Assembly: GCA_965249835.1 (NCBI GenBank) | Contig: CBDFMY010000003.1 | Coordinates: 289,602 to 353,601 of the forward strand | Reading direction: 5' to 3' | Source of the DNA: Candidatus Poriferihabitaceae bacterium | Lineage (GTDB): Bacteria; Pseudomonadota; Gammaproteobacteria; Arenicellales; Poriferihabitantaceae | Length of the DNA: 64,000 bases | Shown: in pieces, positions 35,324 to 45,497 of the stretch | Layout: each line of letters starts with the position of its first letter | How positions within the stretch are numbered: the first letter of the stretch is position 1 | Notes under the pieces: generated by a model | What the model saw: only the letters and a program-made list of their open reading frames with translations | What the model was told of the DNA's origin: nothing | Databases searched by the model: none | Translations under genes and position numbers: made by a program

Positions 35324-35568
35324 GCCTCGGACGGTACGAAATTATTGATTCGCAACAACGCGGTTTCCTCCACGCCGGCATCCAGACCGAGACGCTTCTT
35401 GTCCAAAATGCGATGCTGCAAACCCTGTTTGTCGAACAGATAGGTGGTGCTTCCCTGATGCAATTCCACCACGAAACCTTCGCCGGGCAGGTTGTAGATG
35501 TCGCCGAGTTCGGTTTTCTCGCCGAGGTCCACGGTGGTGGGTTCATTTCGATTTGGCATGGGTGGCAT
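35317..35568 (-). CDS. Hypothetical 83-aa protein
   Basis: The start is refined to MPPMPNRNEPTTVDLGEK (ATG 35568), 20 nt after the ilvA stop. The track start 35706 lies inside ilvA. It overlaps the PPTase start by 7 nt. Confidence 0.55.
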   Translation of the reverse strand: MPPMPNRNEPTTVDLGEKTELGDIYNLPGEGFVVELHQGSTTYLFDKQGLQHRILDKKRLGLDAGVEETALLRINNFVPSEAW

Positions 35569-35588
35569 GGTTGATTCCCGGTGTCCGC

Positions 35589-37139
35589 TCACAGCAGAAA
35601 CAACCGATACACCGGATTGTCGGTCTGCTCGCTGTAACGATAGCCCAACTCCTTCAACGAGCGGCTGAACCTGGCACGATCCGAATTCGGCACGCGGATG
35701 CCGCACAGCACCCGGCCGAAGTCCGAGCCGTGATTGCGATAGTGAAACAGCGTAATGCTCCAGGTCACTCCGATTTTATCAAGAAAATTGCGTAGTGCGC
35801 CGGGGCGTTCGGGAAATTCAAAACTGAACACCCGCTCGTCGGTGAGTTGCGGGGCGCGACCACCAACCATGTGCCGAGCGTGAATCTTGGCGGTTTCGTT
35901 GTCGGTCAAATCCATCGAATCAAAACCCTTGCGTTTGAGTTGTCGCATCAACACGCCGACCTCCGCGGGTTGGCTGATTTGCACGCCGACGAAGACCTGG
36001 GCTTCGGCACCGCCGGCGTAGCGGTAGTTGAATTCGGATACATTGCGGTTGCCGATGGCGTGACAGAAACGGCGGAAACTGCCGGCCTTCTCGGGAATGG
36101 TCACCGCCAGAATAGCTTCGCGGCGCTCGCCGATTTCGGCGCGCTCGGCGATGTGCCGCAAGCGGTCGAAACTCAGGTTGGCACCGGATACCACCGCCAC
36201 CAGATTTTTGTTTTTGAGCGGGCGGCCATTGGCTCCCGCATCCGGCAACCAGCGTTTGATGCCGGCCACGGCCAAAGCACCGGAGGGCTCGACGATGGTG
36301 CGGGTGTCTTCGCAGATGTCCTTCACCGCCGCGCAGATCTCGTCGGTGGAAACTCGTACTATCTGATCGACAAAACGCCGGCACAGTTGGAAGTTTTCCC
36401 GACCGACCTGCTCGATGGCGACGCCGTCGGCGAATATGCCCACCTGTTTCAGTCGCACCCGCCGCCCGGCTTGCAGCGAGCGATACATGGCATCGGACTC
36501 AAACGGCTCGACCCCGATGATGCGGATGCCCGGGCGCACCTGCTTGACGAATGCGCCGACGCCGGCGATTAACCCGCCGCCGCCCACCGGCAGGAAGATG
36601 GCTTCCAGCGATTGCGAATGTTGTTTGAGGATTTCCTGGCCCACGGTTGCCTGCCCGGCGATGACCGCGGGGTCGTCAAACGGGTGAATAAACAGCAGGT
36701 TGTGCTTGCGGCACAGTGCGCGGGCGTGCTGGTATGCGTCTTCGTAGTTGTCGCCCACCAGTTCGACGCGCACCCCCCAGCGGCGCACCGCTTCGAGTTT
36801 GATGCTGGATGCGGTCACCGGCATGACGATTATGGCTTTGCAGCGCAGGTGGCTGGCGCACATGGCCACGCCCTGCGCATGGTTGCCGGCCGACGCGGCT
36901 ACCACTCCGCGCTTCAACTGCTGGCGGGTGAGCGAGCGCATCTTGTTATACGCGCCGCGAATTTTGTAGCAGAATATCGGTTGCTGGTCTTCGCGCTTCA
37001 GATAAACATCATTGCCGAGACGCTCCGACAGCAACCGCGCCCGGTGCAGCGATGTCTCGCGCGCGATGTCATACACCCGCGCGTTCAGCGTTGCGCTGAG
37101 ATAATTTTCCGGTGTGTTCGGGCGGCGAGTGGCAGGCAT
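35589..37139 (-). CDS. ilvA: Threonine dehydratase, biosynthetic
   Basis: 516 aa, with the PLP-Lys motif FCYKIRGAYN and a C-terminal duplicated regulatory domain. Confidence 0.95.
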   Translation of the reverse strand: MPATRRPNTPENYLSATLNARVYDIARETSLHRARLLSERLGNDVYLKREDQQPIFCYKIRGAYNKMRSLTRQQLKRGVVAASAGNHAQGVAMCASHLRCKAIIVMPVTASSIKLEAVRRWGVRVELVGDNYEDAYQHARALCRKHNLLFIHPFDDPAVIAGQATVGQEILKQHSQSLEAIFLPVGGGGLIAGVGAFVKQVRPGIRIIGVEPFESDAMYRSLQAGRRVRLKQVGIFADGVAIEQVGRENFQLCRRFVDQIVRVSTDEICAAVKDICEDTRTIVEPSGALAVAGIKRWLPDAGANGRPLKNKNLVAVVSGANLSFDRLRHIAERAEIGERREAILAVTIPEKAGSFRRFCHAIGNRNVSEFNYRYAGGAEAQVFVGVQISQPAEVGVLMRQLKRKGFDSMDLTDNETAKIHARHMVGGRAPQLTDERVFSFEFPERPGALRNFLDKIGVTWSITLFHYRNHGSDFGRVLCGIRVPNSDRARFSRSLKELGYRYSEQTDNPVYRLFLL

Positions 37140-37248
37140 GAGAATTGCAAATTATAGTATAGTAAAATCGCCACCGCCGTCTCTTTCTTTATAATCAAAC
37201 CAAATAACCGCAACCAAAACAAAAATGGAAAATGCCCGGTGAAAATGT

Positions 37249-37932
37249 ATGGTGAAGAAAATGGATAGTGAAACGGCGCGCGCGCACATGGTCGAGCAGC
37301 AAATCCGCCCGTGGAATGTGCTGGCGATGCAAACTTTGAATGTGCTAAAGCAGATTCGCCGCGAGGATTTCGTGCCGGCCGAACACCGCCAGTTGGCGTT
37401 TGCCGATGTGCAAATTCCGCTCGGTGGCGGCGAAATCATGTTTGAGCCCAAGGTAAGCGCGCGCATGGTGGAGGCGCTGGGTCTCGGTGCCGATGACCGG
37501 GTGCTGGAGGTCGGCAGCGGTAGCGGCTGGGTGACGGCGTTGCTGGCATCGCTGTGCGCACAAGTGACCAGCGTGGAAATTGACGAAAAGTTGCTGGCCG
37601 GTGCGCGGCGCAATCTGGCCAAAGCGGCCATTGAAAATGTCACGCTGGAGAACGGCGACGCTCACGCCGGCTGGGGCGCGGCGGAGCAATTCGACGCCAT
37701 CCTGATTAACGGGTCGTTGCCGAGAATTATCGATATTCCAGACAACGCGACCAACCCATGGGCCACCGCTCTTGCCGACGGCGGGCGTTTGGTCGGCATT
37801 GAGGGACACCTGCCGGCAATGGAAGTCGTGCGGCTGACCAAAAACGACGGCTCGGTTACGCGGGAATCCTTGTTCGAAACCGTGGCACCGAGACTACGCA
37901 ATATTTCGGAGCCAACACAATTCGTATTTTAA
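37249..37932 (+). CDS. Protein-L-isoaspartate O-methyltransferase-like SAM methyltransferase
   Basis: 227 aa, with SAM motif VLEVGSGSGWVTALLA. Its stop overlaps the tolC ATG. Confidence 0.8.
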   Translation: MVKKMDSETARAHMVEQQIRPWNVLAMQTLNVLKQIRREDFVPAEHRQLAFADVQIPLGGGEIMFEPKVSARMVEALGLGADDRVLEVGSGSGWVTALLASLCAQVTSVEIDEKLLAGARRNLAKAAIENVTLENGDAHAGWGAAEQFDAILINGSLPRIIDIPDNATNPWATALADGGRLVGIEGHLPAMEVVRLTKNDGSVTRESLFETVAPRLRNISEPTQFVF

Positions 37933-39242
37933 TGAACCTAACAGTGAAGACAAAAACACAGCGTGCGCTTCGCTCCACACTCGCCACCGTCGTGGTGTTG
38001 TTGGGATTGCCAGGCATCGCGCACGGCGCGGGTTTGTGGGATGTGTATCAAATCGCGCTGGCACGTGATGCCGCATACAGTGTCGCCAGCTTCGAATACG
38101 AAAGTGCCCGGCTCAACCTCCCCCTGGCAAAGACTGCGTTTCTACCATTGATAAGCGTCCAGGGAAGCGTCAAGCGGGAGCAAGATAGCGACGACAACGA
38201 ACACCGCGGCAGTTTGAATGTCGACTGGAAACTGCTTGACTTCCAATCGTTGCGCGCCTACCGCCAGACAGAACTGCAAGTGCTCGGTGCCGGCATCCGT
38301 TTTGAAGATGCCCGCGCCGACCTCATCCTGCGCGTCGCCGAACGCTACTTCGGGTTGCTGGCGGCGATCGACAACCGCGAAGTGGCGCGCCGCCAAAAAG
38401 CATCGATCCGGCGGCAGATGGATCTTGCCTCAGAGCGTCTGGAAGTGGGTCTCGGCACTCAGACCGATTTGTTTGATGCGCAGGCGCGCCTGCAACAGGC
38501 GGTGGCCGATGTAATCGCCGCGGACAACCAGATCGACAACGCGGTGCAGGCACTCCGGCAAATTACCGCATCCGACTTTGATGCGCTGGCGTCGCTGGGC
38601 GAGGACGCGCCGCTTGCGCCGCCGGTGCCGCAATCACCGGATGCCTGGGTCGACAAAGCGTTGGCGAATAATCGCGCACTCGCGGTGGAAGACCTGAACC
38701 TCAAAGTCGCGGCCGAGGAAATTAACAAACAACGGGCTGCGCGATTGCCCAGCCTTGACATTCGCCTGCGGCGCGATTGGGTGGATAGCGTTAGCACCGA
38801 TCAGTCGGACGATGATTCCAGTTCGGCGGTGGCAACCCTCAACTGGACGTTGTTTCGCGGCGGTGCCATCCACCTGCTAACCAAACAAGCGGGGTTTCGT
38901 TTCAACGCCGCCGAACGCGCACGGGAACAACTGAAACGGCAGATTGAATCCGACACCATCTCGGCCTACCTTGCGGTGGTCAGCGGTGTCAGTCAGGTCA
39001 AAGCCCTGTCCGAAGCCATCCGCGCCGGAGTAAGCGCGTTGCGCGCCAAAGAAGAAGGCTTCCGCGCCGGCCTCACCACCAACATTGATGTCCTCGACGC
39101 CCAGCGCGATTTATCCAGTTCACGCACCGACTACCTCAGCGCACGATATGATTTTATCCTGGCGGCGTTGCGCCTCGAACGAGCGGTGGGCGACCTCGAT
39201 GAAGAGGATGTGAAGCGGTTTGATGCCTGGCTTGTGAAATAA
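37932..39242 (+). CDS. tolC: TolC-family outer membrane efflux protein
   Basis: 436 aa, with signal peptide ...VVLLGLPGIAHG and two repeated OEP halves. Confidence 0.9.
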   Translation: MNLTVKTKTQRALRSTLATVVVLLGLPGIAHGAGLWDVYQIALARDAAYSVASFEYESARLNLPLAKTAFLPLISVQGSVKREQDSDDNEHRGSLNVDWKLLDFQSLRAYRQTELQVLGAGIRFEDARADLILRVAERYFGLLAAIDNREVARRQKASIRRQMDLASERLEVGLGTQTDLFDAQARLQQAVADVIAADNQIDNAVQALRQITASDFDALASLGEDAPLAPPVPQSPDAWVDKALANNRALAVEDLNLKVAAEEINKQRAARLPSLDIRLRRDWVDSVSTDQSDDDSSSAVATLNWTLFRGGAIHLLTKQAGFRFNAAERAREQLKRQIESDTISAYLAVVSGVSQVKALSEAIRAGVSALRAKEEGFRAGLTTNIDVLDAQRDLSSSRTDYLSARYDFILAALRLERAVGDLDEEDVKRFDAWLVK

Positions 39243-39311
39243 CAATTCGTTTCGCTTGCCTTTTCGTCGCCATAATAAAATGGGCAAGCACAAAATTGTG
39301 CGCAGTATTTT

Positions 39312-39335
39312 GCGCGTATCATCCCTGATACGCGC
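39312..39335. other. Perfect 10-bp hairpin in the tolC/trkH convergent spacer
   Basis: GCGCGTATCA-tccc-TGATACGCGC, with no U-tract on either strand. Confidence 0.5.
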
Positions 39336-39515
39336 CCTTCGGGCTTGCTTCGCTCGCGCCAATCAATTCATGGCGCTCCCGGCGATTTTTTCGTTGTCAG
39401 GCAAGGCGCGCGAGGAGCGAGGGAGTGAGCAATACATTAAGTATGTGAGCGACCGAGCGACGACGCGCAACACTATACGGCGTAATAAACCATGGCGGAA
39501 AATAGGCAAGCACTA

Positions 39516-40967
39516 TCACCCTTTCCAAAAAACCGGCGTAAACAACACTAACAAAGTGAACAATTCCAGACGCCCAAGGAGCATCGCAAAGGTCAGCACC
39601 GCCTTGCCGGTGTCGCTCACCGATGCGTAGTTTTGCGCCACTTCGCCGAGGCCCGGGCCGAGGTTGTTAAGGCAGGCGGTGACCGCCGAGAACGCGGTGA
39701 CCGGGTCGGCGCCGCTCGCCAGCATCAGCAACAGCAACACCACATAACTCAACATATACAGGGATAAAAATCCCCACACCGCGTTGATGACGTTGTCCGG
39801 CACCGCCTTGCCGCCGAGTTTGACCGGTATCAGCGCGTTGGGGTGCACCAGTTTGGCTATCTCGCGCGCGCCTTGCTTGTAGAGCAACACCATGCGAACG
39901 ATTTTCATGCCACCGGCGGTGGAGCCGGCGCAACCGCCGGCGGTGCTGACCAGAATTAACATGATGGGTAAAAACACTGGCCACACGGAGAAGTCGGTGG
40001 TGGTGAAACCGGTGGTGGTGGCGATGGACACAACTTGCACCGCGCCCTGGATGACGTTGTCGCCGAATTGCCGGAATACGTCGTAGTGCAGAAGCACCGC
40101 GATGGTTACCACCAGCACCGCCAGCAGCAAGCCGAAATACACGCGCGCTTCGGGGTCGCGCACATACACCGCTACGCTACGCGAGCGAAACGCGGTGAAG
40201 TGCAGGGCGAAGTTGAGCCCGGACAACAGCATGAAGACCATGGCGATGAAGTTGATCGGGTTGCTTTGGAAGTGCCCCAGATTGCCGTCGTGGGTGGAGA
40301 AGCCGCCGATGGCGATGGTGGAAAACGCGTGGCCAACGGCGTCGAACACGCTCATGCCGGCGAGGTGATAACAAAGCGCGCAAACTACGGTGAGGCCAAG
40401 ATAGATATACCACAGCCCCTTGGCGGTTTCGGTGATGCGCGGGGTCAGTTTGTTGTGCTTGACCGGGCCCGGGGTTTCGGCGCGATACAGTTGCATGCCG
40501 CCGACCCCGAGCATGGGCATGACCGCCACCGCCAGCACCACGATGCCCATGCCGCCGAGCCATTGCAGTTGCTGGCGGTAATACAAAATGGACGGCGGCA
40601 GGTCGTCTATGGCGGTGAGGATGGTGGCGCCGGTGGTAGTCAAGCCCGACATCGATTCGAATAACGCATCGACCACGCCGAGTGCCGGCTCGCGCAACAG
40701 CAAAAGCGGCACCGCGCCCATGCTCGATAACACCGTCCAGAACAGCACCACCACCAGAAAACCATCACGCACCCGCAACTCGCTTTTGTTTCGCCGTGAC
40801 GGCAACCAGCACGCCGCACCGAGCGCGAGGTTGAGAGCCAGTGCCGCCACGAACGGCATCATCACGCCATCGTCCGCCACCCAGGACAGCACGATGGGCG
40901 GCACCAAAGTGGCACTGAACAACACCAGCAAAATGCCGAGTATCTTAAGAACGGGTTTGGTGATCAT
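39516..40967 (-). CDS. trkH: Trk-system potassium uptake protein TrkH
   Basis: 483-aa polytopic membrane protein, adjacent to trkA. Confidence 0.93.
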   Translation of the reverse strand: MITKPVLKILGILLVLFSATLVPPIVLSWVADDGVMMPFVAALALNLALGAACWLPSRRNKSELRVRDGFLVVVLFWTVLSSMGAVPLLLLREPALGVVDALFESMSGLTTTGATILTAIDDLPPSILYYRQQLQWLGGMGIVVLAVAVMPMLGVGGMQLYRAETPGPVKHNKLTPRITETAKGLWYIYLGLTVVCALCYHLAGMSVFDAVGHAFSTIAIGGFSTHDGNLGHFQSNPINFIAMVFMLLSGLNFALHFTAFRSRSVAVYVRDPEARVYFGLLLAVLVVTIAVLLHYDVFRQFGDNVIQGAVQVVSIATTTGFTTTDFSVWPVFLPIMLILVSTAGGCAGSTAGGMKIVRMVLLYKQGAREIAKLVHPNALIPVKLGGKAVPDNVINAVWGFLSLYMLSYVVLLLLMLASGADPVTAFSAVTACLNNLGPGLGEVAQNYASVSDTGKAVLTFAMLLGRLELFTLLVLFTPVFWKG

Positions 40968-41104
40968 GAATTGGATGCGCGACGCGGAGTTTGGTATGCG
41001 ATCACAAGGGGATTATCAATCAAAGTTGATAAGGGATGATATACCGAAAGCGATGTGGTTGCGGGAATGACGAGACCGGGAGCGTGTCGCGTGCCGGCGG
41101 CGGT

Positions 41105-42478
41105 CTAAAAAAAAGTCGCGGATACCTGAAAGAGTTTTTCCACATCGGGGATGCGGCGTTTGTCGATGACAAAAATAATGACATGGTCGCCTTCGGCGAT
41201 GACGGTTTGGTCGTTGAGGCGCAATAGTTTGTCATCGCGCATGACGGCGCCGATGGTGGCGTCTTCGGGCAGTTTGATTTGCGGCAACGGGCGACCGACG
41301 ATTTTGGATGTCTTGGCATCGCCGTGGGCGACCGCTTCGATGACTTCGGCGACGCCGCGTCGCAGGGAGTGCGCGGCTTTGACATCGCCGCGTCGCACAT
41401 GGGATAGCAATGCGCTGACCGTGGCGAGGCGCGGGGAGATGGCGATGTCGATCTCGTTTTCGATGAGGTCGATGTAGGCGGTGCGGTTGACGATGGCCAT
41501 GGCGCGTCGCGCACCGAGTCGTTTGGCGAGCATCGCCGACAGGATGTTGGCTTCGTCCTCGTTGGTCAGGGAGCAAAATAATTCCATGGTGTCGATGTTT
41601 TCCTGACGCAACAATTCTTCATCGGCGGCATCGCCTTGCAACACCACCGTATTTTCCAATCGCTCCGAGACCATCTGCGCACGCGCCGGGTCGCGCTCGA
41701 TCAACTTCACCTGAAAGCCGGTTTGCTCAAGCGACTGCGCGAGGCGAAAACCGATGTTGCCGGCGCCGGCGATGATGACCCGCGTGCCCACTTCTTCGGT
41801 GCGGCGCAATTCCTGCATGACGGTGCGGATGTCGTCTTTGGTGGCGATGAAAAACACTTCGTCATCGGGTTCGATGATGGTGTCGCCGGTGGGGATGATG
41901 GCGCGGTCGCGGCGGTAGATGGCCGCCACCCGGGTGCTGACCGAGGGCAGATGATTGCCGAGTTCGCGCAACGCCTGGCCCACCAGCGCGCCGCCGTAAT
42001 ACGCGCGCAAGCCCACCAGACGAATTTTGCCGCCGGCGAAATCAATGACCTGCAACGCGCCCGGGTATTCGATTAGCCGCTGGATTTGTTCGGTAACCAC
42101 TTGTTCGGGACTGATGATGACATCGATGGGAATGCTGCCGCTGCAAAACAAATCGGGATACGCGAGGTATGCCGGCGAGCGCACGCGTGCGATTTTGGTC
42201 GGCGTGTTGAATAATGAATGAGCGATCTGGCAGGCGATCATGTTGATCTCGTCGCTGTCGGTTACCGCCAGCACCATGTCCACATCTTCCACGCCGGCGC
42301 GCAACAACACCTCCGGCGAAGACGCTTCGCCGGCGATGGTGCGAATGTCCAGACGGCCCTGCAACCCTTCCAGCACTTTGGGATTGCAGTCCACCAGCGT
42401 GATGTCGTTTTCCTCGCGCGAGAGAATTTCCGCGGTGGAAGTGCCGACCTGGCCGGCCCCCAGTATGATGATTTTCAT
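41105..42478 (-). CDS. trkA: Trk-system potassium uptake protein TrkA
   Basis: The start is refined to MKIIILGAGQVG (ATG 42478). There is a second Rossmann motif, IIAGAGNIG. Confidence 0.94.
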   Translation of the reverse strand: MKIIILGAGQVGTSTAEILSREENDITLVDCNPKVLEGLQGRLDIRTIAGEASSPEVLLRAGVEDVDMVLAVTDSDEINMIACQIAHSLFNTPTKIARVRSPAYLAYPDLFCSGSIPIDVIISPEQVVTEQIQRLIEYPGALQVIDFAGGKIRLVGLRAYYGGALVGQALRELGNHLPSVSTRVAAIYRRDRAIIPTGDTIIEPDDEVFFIATKDDIRTVMQELRRTEEVGTRVIIAGAGNIGFRLAQSLEQTGFQVKLIERDPARAQMVSERLENTVVLQGDAADEELLRQENIDTMELFCSLTNEDEANILSAMLAKRLGARRAMAIVNRTAYIDLIENEIDIAISPRLATVSALLSHVRRGDVKAAHSLRRGVAEVIEAVAHGDAKTSKIVGRPLPQIKLPEDATIGAVMRDDKLLRLNDQTVIAEGDHVIIFVIDKRRIPDVEKLFQVSATFF

Positions 42479-42494
42479 TTTCGGTTTGTGTGCG

Positions 42495-43877
42495 TTAATA
42501 TTTGTTTCCAATTTTCTTCAGGCGACAAAAATAAAACCCGTCGCCGGGGTGAACACCGGGCAATCGTTGGCGACCGAAATCGGTGGCGATGCCGAGCACG
42601 GCGTTGAGCGATTGCGCTTTCGCGTGCCCTTTTACCTGATTGGGCGCGGCTAACCATTTTTTTATCACCGCATCATTCTCCGCCGGCAGAATCGAACAAG
42701 TTACATATAGAAGTGTACCGCCTTGCTCAAGCAATGACCACACCGCCGACAACAGATCAAACTGCCGGCCGGCGAATTTTGCGACATCATCGGCGCGGCG
42801 GCGATGCTTGATGTCGGGGTGGCGGCGGATAATCCCGCTGCCGCTACACGGCACATCCAGCAAAATGCGCGCAAACAACCGGCCATCCCACCACGTTTTG
42901 GGCTGGGTCAAATCCGCCGCAACCACTTCCACTTCGCCCTCGCTACCCTCGTTGACAAGGCCGAGGCGGGCGAGATTTTGCGCCAGCCGATTAATCCGCG
43001 GCGGTAAATCCACCGCCACCATCGCCAGTTTCGGTTGACATTCGAGCAACAAGCAGGTCTTGCCGCCGGGGGCGGCGCAACCGTCCAGCACCCGCTCGCC
43101 GGGGGGTAGCGATAGTGCCCGCGCTACCAGTTGCGCTGACTCATCCTGTACCGACACCAGACCATCGGCGAATCCCGGGATTTTTTCCACCGGCATCGCG
43201 CTTGCCAGAGTCACGCCCAGTTCGCTGTCGGCGGTGGGTGTCGCTTCCATCCCGCTTGCGGCAAGCCGTTCGAGATAGGCATCGCGGCTGATTTTGCGTT
43301 GATTTACGCGCACCGTCAGCGGCGGTTTGCGATTGCTCGCTTGCATAATTTGGCGGAAGTGGTCGGGCCAATGGGTGCGGATTTCCCGGTATAACCACGG
43401 TGGAAACGAAAACCACGCCGCTGTATTTTTTTCATGCCTTTTTTCATCTGATTGTTCACTCGGTGCCAGTTCCCGCTTCAGGCGTTCGTGTTGCGCCAGA
43501 AAATTGCGCAACACACCGTTAATCATGTTGCCGGACCATTCAAACCGACCGCCGGCAACCGCCGCCACGCTCTCGCTGACAACCGCGTAGTGCGGCGTTC
43601 GCATGTGTTCCAGTTGATAGCAGCCGTTAATCAAAATGAAATGCAACACGCGATCGCGGGACTTTAGCGGCTTGCTTAACAACTGTGCGAGGATGCGGTC
43701 GAAATAATGATAATGACGACATGCGCCGTTTGCGATTTCCTGCAACCACGCACGCCGCCGTTGCGGCACCTTCGCCCGGTGAGTCGCCAGCGCAACGTCC
43801 AGCGAGCGGCCGCCATCCACCACATCCATCACCGCACGGGCGGCGACCATGTGTATTGATAATGCGTTCGAAGACAA
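42495..43877 (-). CDS. rsmB: 16S rRNA (cytosine967-C5)-methyltransferase RsmB
   Basis: 460 aa, with a NusB-like N-terminus and SAM motif LDGCAAPGGKT. Confidence 0.93.
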   Translation of the reverse strand: MSSNALSIHMVAARAVMDVVDGGRSLDVALATHRAKVPQRRRAWLQEIANGACRHYHYFDRILAQLLSKPLKSRDRVLHFILINGCYQLEHMRTPHYAVVSESVAAVAGGRFEWSGNMINGVLRNFLAQHERLKRELAPSEQSDEKRHEKNTAAWFSFPPWLYREIRTHWPDHFRQIMQASNRKPPLTVRVNQRKISRDAYLERLAASGMEATPTADSELGVTLASAMPVEKIPGFADGLVSVQDESAQLVARALSLPPGERVLDGCAAPGGKTCLLLECQPKLAMVAVDLPPRINRLAQNLARLGLVNEGSEGEVEVVAADLTQPKTWWDGRLFARILLDVPCSGSGIIRRHPDIKHRRRADDVAKFAGRQFDLLSAVWSLLEQGGTLLYVTCSILPAENDAVIKKWLAAPNQVKGHAKAQSLNAVLGIATDFGRQRLPGVHPGDGFYFCRLKKIGNKY

Positions 43878-43878
43878 G

Positions 43879-44832
43879 TCAGGTAGCGGCGGCGAAAGTC
43901 ATGCCGGGTTTAATATTCATTCCGTTCAGCAACGCCGCCACCGACATCGGCCTGCCGCCGGATTTTTGCACCTCGGTCAGCACCAGTGCACCATCGCCGG
44001 TGGCAATCGCAATACCGGTTTTATCCGCCCGGATAATTTCGCCGCGGCCGGCTTTGCCTTCGACGCGCTCGACATGCGCCGCCAACACCTTCAACTCAAT
44101 GCCGTTCAGTTCAACCAGCGTGGCCGGCCACGGATGGAAAGCGCGCACCTTGCGCGCAAGAGTCGCCGCGTCCAGCCGCCAGTCCATGGTTGCTTCGGCC
44201 TTGGTCAGTTTGGGCGCATAACCAGCCAGGCTTCGGTCTTGAACTGTCGCCGTCAATTCGCGATTAGCCAGCGCCGGCAGACTGGCAGCCAGCAACTCGC
44301 CGGCGAGGTGCGCGAGTTTTTCCTGCAACCCGCCGCCGGTGTCATCCGCGTTGATGGGAATGCGTGAGTGCGCCAGCACCGCGCCGGTGTCGAGACCATC
44401 GTCCATCTGCATCAAACTGACACCGGTGAGGTCGTCGCCGGCTTCGATGGCGCGCTGGATGGGCGCGGCGCCACGCCAGCGCGGCAAAAGCGAGGCGTGG
44501 AGATTGACGCATCCGAGCGCGGGAACGGCGAGCAACGCGGGCGGCAACAACAAACCGTAGGCCACCACCACCATCAAATCGGGTTTCAATTGTCGCAACT
44601 GCGTGGTCGCGGATTGGCCGCGCAATGATTCGGGTTGGAAAACCGGCAAGTTATGTTGCAACGCAACTTCTTTCACCGCGCTCCGGCGACGCTTTTGCCC
44701 GCGACCCGCCGGGCGCTCCGGCGCGGTGTAGACCGCCGCGACTTCCACCGAATCCGAGGCCAGCAATGCATGCAGACCGGGAACGGAAAAAGCCGGCGTG
44801 CCGGCAAACACAACGCGCATCGGGCGACTCAA
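43879..44832 (-). CDS. fmt: Methionyl-tRNA formyltransferase
   Basis: 317 aa, with HASLLPRWRGAAPIQRAI. Confidence 0.96.
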   Translation of the reverse strand: MSRPMRVVFAGTPAFSVPGLHALLASDSVEVAAVYTAPERPAGRGQKRRRSAVKEVALQHNLPVFQPESLRGQSATTQLRQLKPDLMVVVAYGLLLPPALLAVPALGCVNLHASLLPRWRGAAPIQRAIEAGDDLTGVSLMQMDDGLDTGAVLAHSRIPINADDTGGGLQEKLAHLAGELLAASLPALANRELTATVQDRSLAGYAPKLTKAEATMDWRLDAATLARKVRAFHPWPATLVELNGIELKVLAAHVERVEGKAGRGEIIRADKTGIAIATGDGALVLTEVQKSGGRPMSVAALLNGMNIKPGMTFAAAT

Positions 44833-44844
44833 TGGTCCGAGCGG

Positions 44845-45369
44845 TCAGGCGACCTGGGAGACGCCCTGAGAAGCAGCCTGGATTTCTTTTTTGATTTGCT
44901 TGCGAATCCGGCTCTGTTTGATGCGCGACAGATAATCGACGAATACCTTGCCGTTCAAGTGGTCGATTTCGTGCTGAATGCAAACCGACAACGTTTCATC
45001 GGCGGCCATCTCAAACGACTGCCCTTTCGCATCGCACGCTTTGATGGTAACCGTCTTCGCGCGCTCCACCGTGACGAACACGCCGGGCACCGACAGGCAG
45101 CCCTCTTCGGATTCGGTTTTGCCCGCGAGGTCAGAGATTTCGGGGTTGATGAACACGCGCAAGTCGTTCTTCTGTTCGGACAAATCCATCACCACCACGC
45201 GCTTCGGCACGTTGACCTGCACCGCCGCCAACCCGATGCCGGGCGCCGCATACATGGTCTGCGCCATGTCCGCCACCAGTTGCGCAAGTTCGTCGTCGAA
45301 CTCGGTCACCGGCTGCGCGACCTGCCGCAAACGCGGGTCGGGGTATGTCAGAATGTTGAGCGTGGTCAT
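44845..45369 (-). CDS. def: Peptide deformylase
   Basis: The start is refined to [15 protein letters not shown] (ATG 45369). Motifs [13 protein letters not shown] and HEIDH are present. Confidence 0.96.
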   Translation of the reverse strand: MTTLNILTYPDPRLRQVAQPVTEFDDELAQLVADMAQTMYAAPGIGLAAVQVNVPKRVVVMDLSEQKNDLRVFINPEISDLAGKTESEEGCLSVPGVFVTVERAKTVTIKACDAKGQSFEMAADETLSVCIQHEIDHLNGKVFVDYLSRIKQSRIRKQIKKEIQAASQGVSQVA

Positions 45370-45497
45370 GAATATCCCAGGCATTCACACCGGGTGGGTG
45401 ATTATATTCCCCATCAAGAATAAACTGATACAACAGTTGTTGACCGTCGGCCAACTCCGATATGTTCAACCACTACACATATGGTGTCAAGTGAAGT

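Noticed and set aside
35317-35568. The 83-aa protein as an acyl carrier protein, given the neighbouring PPTase and the string RLGLDAGVEETALL resembling LGxDSLxxVEL
   Set aside because: The critical Ser is Ala. The motif also sits too close to the C-terminus, and the N-terminal half looks beta-rich rather than a four-helix bundle.
35847-37157. Plus-strand ORFs of 241 and 181 aa
   Set aside because: They are antisense shadows of ilvA.
39256-39630. 124-aa plus-strand ORF
   Set aside because: It spans a palindrome-rich spacer and runs antisense into trkH. Its composition is basic and low-complexity.
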